From Octopus sinensis (lineage: Eukaryota): a stretch of DNA of 64,000 nucleotides. The translations under genes and the position numbers were made by a program. The stretch lies in contig NC_043010.1 of NCBI RefSeq assembly GCF_006345805.1, forward strand, positions 14,012,001 to 14,076,000, in the 5' to 3' direction. Of the stretch, positions 61,864-64,000 are shown piece after piece (within the stretch, counting starts at the first letter, position 1; each line of letters opens with the position of its first letter). Below the pieces are notes generated by a model. The model was not told the origin of the DNA and ran no database searches. It was given only the letters and a program-made list of their open reading frames with translations.

Positions 61864-62179
61864 GGGCAGTGAGCTCGTAGAGTCGTTAGCATGCCAGGCA
61901 AAATGCTTTGCAGCATTTCGTCCATATTTACATTCTGAGTTCAAATTCCACCAAGGCTGACTTTTATCTGTCAACCTTTTGAGGTTGATAAACTAAGTAC
62001 CAGTTGAACTCTGGGGTAGAGGTAATCAACGTAGCCTTTCCCCAGTAGTTGCTGGTCTTGTACCTTAATTTTAAATTATTATTATTATTATTATTATTAT
62101 TATTTGCATTCTCACCAGCTTCTTTCTTTTTTCTTTTTCTCTCACACTTTTTCTTCTTTATAGCATCTGTGCGCGCATC

Positions 62180-62440
62180 ATGTCATCTGCAAACATACAC
62201 ACCCATAATTATCCCACAGGAGATACCTGGGACAATGAATGCTTTGCTTCTAAGGGCCAGAGAAAGTACTCTGACAAGTACATGAACAGGACCAACAGGC
62301 AGAAATCCCAAAACAATCGCCTCTCTCACACAGATGCCAAGATCATTGAGCAAGGGAAACAACGGTGGCAGGACAAATGCAATTCACTCGTAACATCCCG
62401 CACGCAGAAGAAAAAAGAAACTAAACCTCAAACCGTTAAT
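62180..62440 (+). CDS. First coding exon of an unidentified host gene (87 aa, phase 0)
   Basis: Long polypyrimidine tract with TAG acceptor at 62163, ATG 62180, open frame MSSANIHTHNYPTGDTWDNECFASKGQRKYSDKY...KKKETKPQTVN, donor AAT|GTGAGT at 62441; only unique island in a SINE field. Confidence 0.75.
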
Positions 62441-62543
62441 GTGAGTCCTAGCTAAATCCCACATCACCATGTTCTGTTTTGCTTTTTTTTTTTTTTTTAT
62501 TTTATTTATTTGTTCATTCCTTTATTTATATATGTATTTAGTA

Positions 62544-62579
<36 letters not shown>

Positions 62580-62601
62580 AATTCTGCCCGAGGTCAACTT
62601 T

Positions 62602-63095
62602 GCCTTTCATCCTTTTGGGGGGAGGGGGGTCAATAAATTAAGTACCAGTAAAAAATACTGGGCTCAGTGTAATCGACTAGTCCCCTCCCCCCGCAGCATG
62701 CTGGGCAAAATGCTTAGCAGCTTCGCCTTTCATCCTTTTGGGGTCGATAAATTAAGTACCAGTAAAATACTGGGGTCAGTGTAATCGACTAGTCCCCTCC
62801 CCCCGCAGCATGCTGGGCAAAATGCTTAGCAGCTTCGCCTTTCATCCTTTTGGGGTCGATAAATTAAGTACCAGTAAAATACTAGGGTCAGTGTAATCGA
62901 CTAGTTCCCTCCCCCCGCAGCATGCTGGGCAAAATGCTTAGCAGCTTCGCCTTTCATCCTTTTGGGGTCGATAAATTAAGTACCAGTAAAATACTGGGGT
63001 CAGTGTAATCGACTAGTTCCCTCCCCCCGCAGCATGCTGGGCAAAATGCTTAGTACCTTCGCCTTTCATCCTTTTGGGGTCGATAAAATAAGCAC
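62602..63095 (+). repeat. 112-bp tandem array of a rearranged SINE B
   Basis: GCCTTTCATCC at 62602, 62725, 62837, 62949, 63061. Confidence 0.92.
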
Positions 63096-63386
63096 CAGTT
63101 GGACACGAGGGTTGCCCTCAGTCAAAATCGTCCAACCCATGCTAGCATGGAAAGCAGACATTAAATGATGATGATGATGATGATTCATCCCCTCCCCCAA
63201 AATTGCTGCCCTTGTGGCAAAATTTTTGAAAGAATTATTGTTGTTATTATTCAAATTACACCGAGGTCGTCTTTGTCTTTCATCCTTTCGGGGTCAATGA
63301 ATTAAGTACCAGTGAAACACTGAGGTCGATGTAATTGACTAGTCCTCTCCCCTGAAATTTCAGGCCTTGTGCCTTTAGTAGAAAGG

Positions 63387-63421
<35 letters not shown>

Positions 63422-63788
63422 GGTGGCAAGCAACTTTGTCTTTCATTCTTTCAGAGTTGATAAAATAAGTACCGGTTAAACGCTGGGGGTAGATGTAATT
63501 GACTATCCCCCTCCCCCCCAAATTTCAGGCCTTGTGCCTATAATAGAAAGGATTATATTACATGCTCCTTAGGTGGCAAGCTGGCAGAAGCATTAGCATG
63601 CTGGGCGAAATGCTTAGTGGTATTTTGTCCGTCTTTATGTTCTGAGTTCAAATTCCACTAAGGTCGACTTTGCCTTTCACCCTTTCAGGGTTGATAAGTA
63701 CCAGTGAAACACTGGGGTCGATGTAATCAACTCATCCCCTCCCACAAAATGGCTGCTCTTGTGGCAAAATTTGAAACCATTATTATCC

Positions 63789-63949
63789 CCCTATTGGGAG
63801 TTTTAATTGTTACTTATTTTTCGTTGTCATCCTGCTTTTGTACACGGGACTTTTTCAAACAGACAAAACCCTTTGTATCTTTCGTCCTGTGTTTTGTCCC
63901 TTTATGTTTTAATTGATTTTTGTTAGCCCTTGTGGCCAATAAACGAACG

Positions 63950-63982
<33 letters not shown>
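63789..63982 (+). mobile_element. L1/Tx1-like LINE extreme 3' UTR
   Basis: CCCCCTATTGGGAG...GCCCTTGTGGCCAATAAA(TTA)n. Confidence 0.75.
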
Positions 63983-63983
<1 letters not shown>

Positions 63984-64000
63984 GCTAGCAGAATCGTTAC

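Noticed and set aside
62602-63095. CRISPR-like periodicity (also 40329-40640)
   Set aside because: Whole units repeat with no unique spacers; SINE-derived; eukaryotic context, no cas genes

Overview
64 kb of AT-rich eukaryotic DNA saturated with transposable elements and microsatellites. The SINE repertoire and (TA)n/(CA)n load suggest an octopod cephalopod (inference, not verified). There is no intact long ORF. Most track ORFs are microsatellite or SINE artefacts; the rest are decayed LINE and transposase fragments (RTE, CR1, R4/Dong-like, L1/Tx1-like, Penelope GIY-YIG, mariner DD34D, maT DD37D). At least four tRNA-derived SINE families, six MITE families (Merlin-like, hAT, two piggyBac-like, mariner-like, foldback) and canonical non-autonomous Helitrons occur, often nested. 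Most notable: (i) Penelope-type hammerhead ribozyme motifs, including a 630-bp non-coding element whose 5' end coincides with the predicted self-cleavage site, and a hairpin plus twin enlarged-hammerhead locus at 36.1-36.4 kb; (ii) a perfect RFX X-box, a candidate non-coding exon 1 and a clean ATG-bearing coding exon (62180-62440) of an unidentified + strand gene; (iii) local rearrangement scars (250-bp inverted duplication, 71-bp duplication around a MITE, (TA)n-bounded tandem duplications, SINE-derived arrays). A 100-N assembly gap lies at 43914-44013. Boundaries are read by eye: exact where TSDs or splice sites are quoted, approximate elsewhere.
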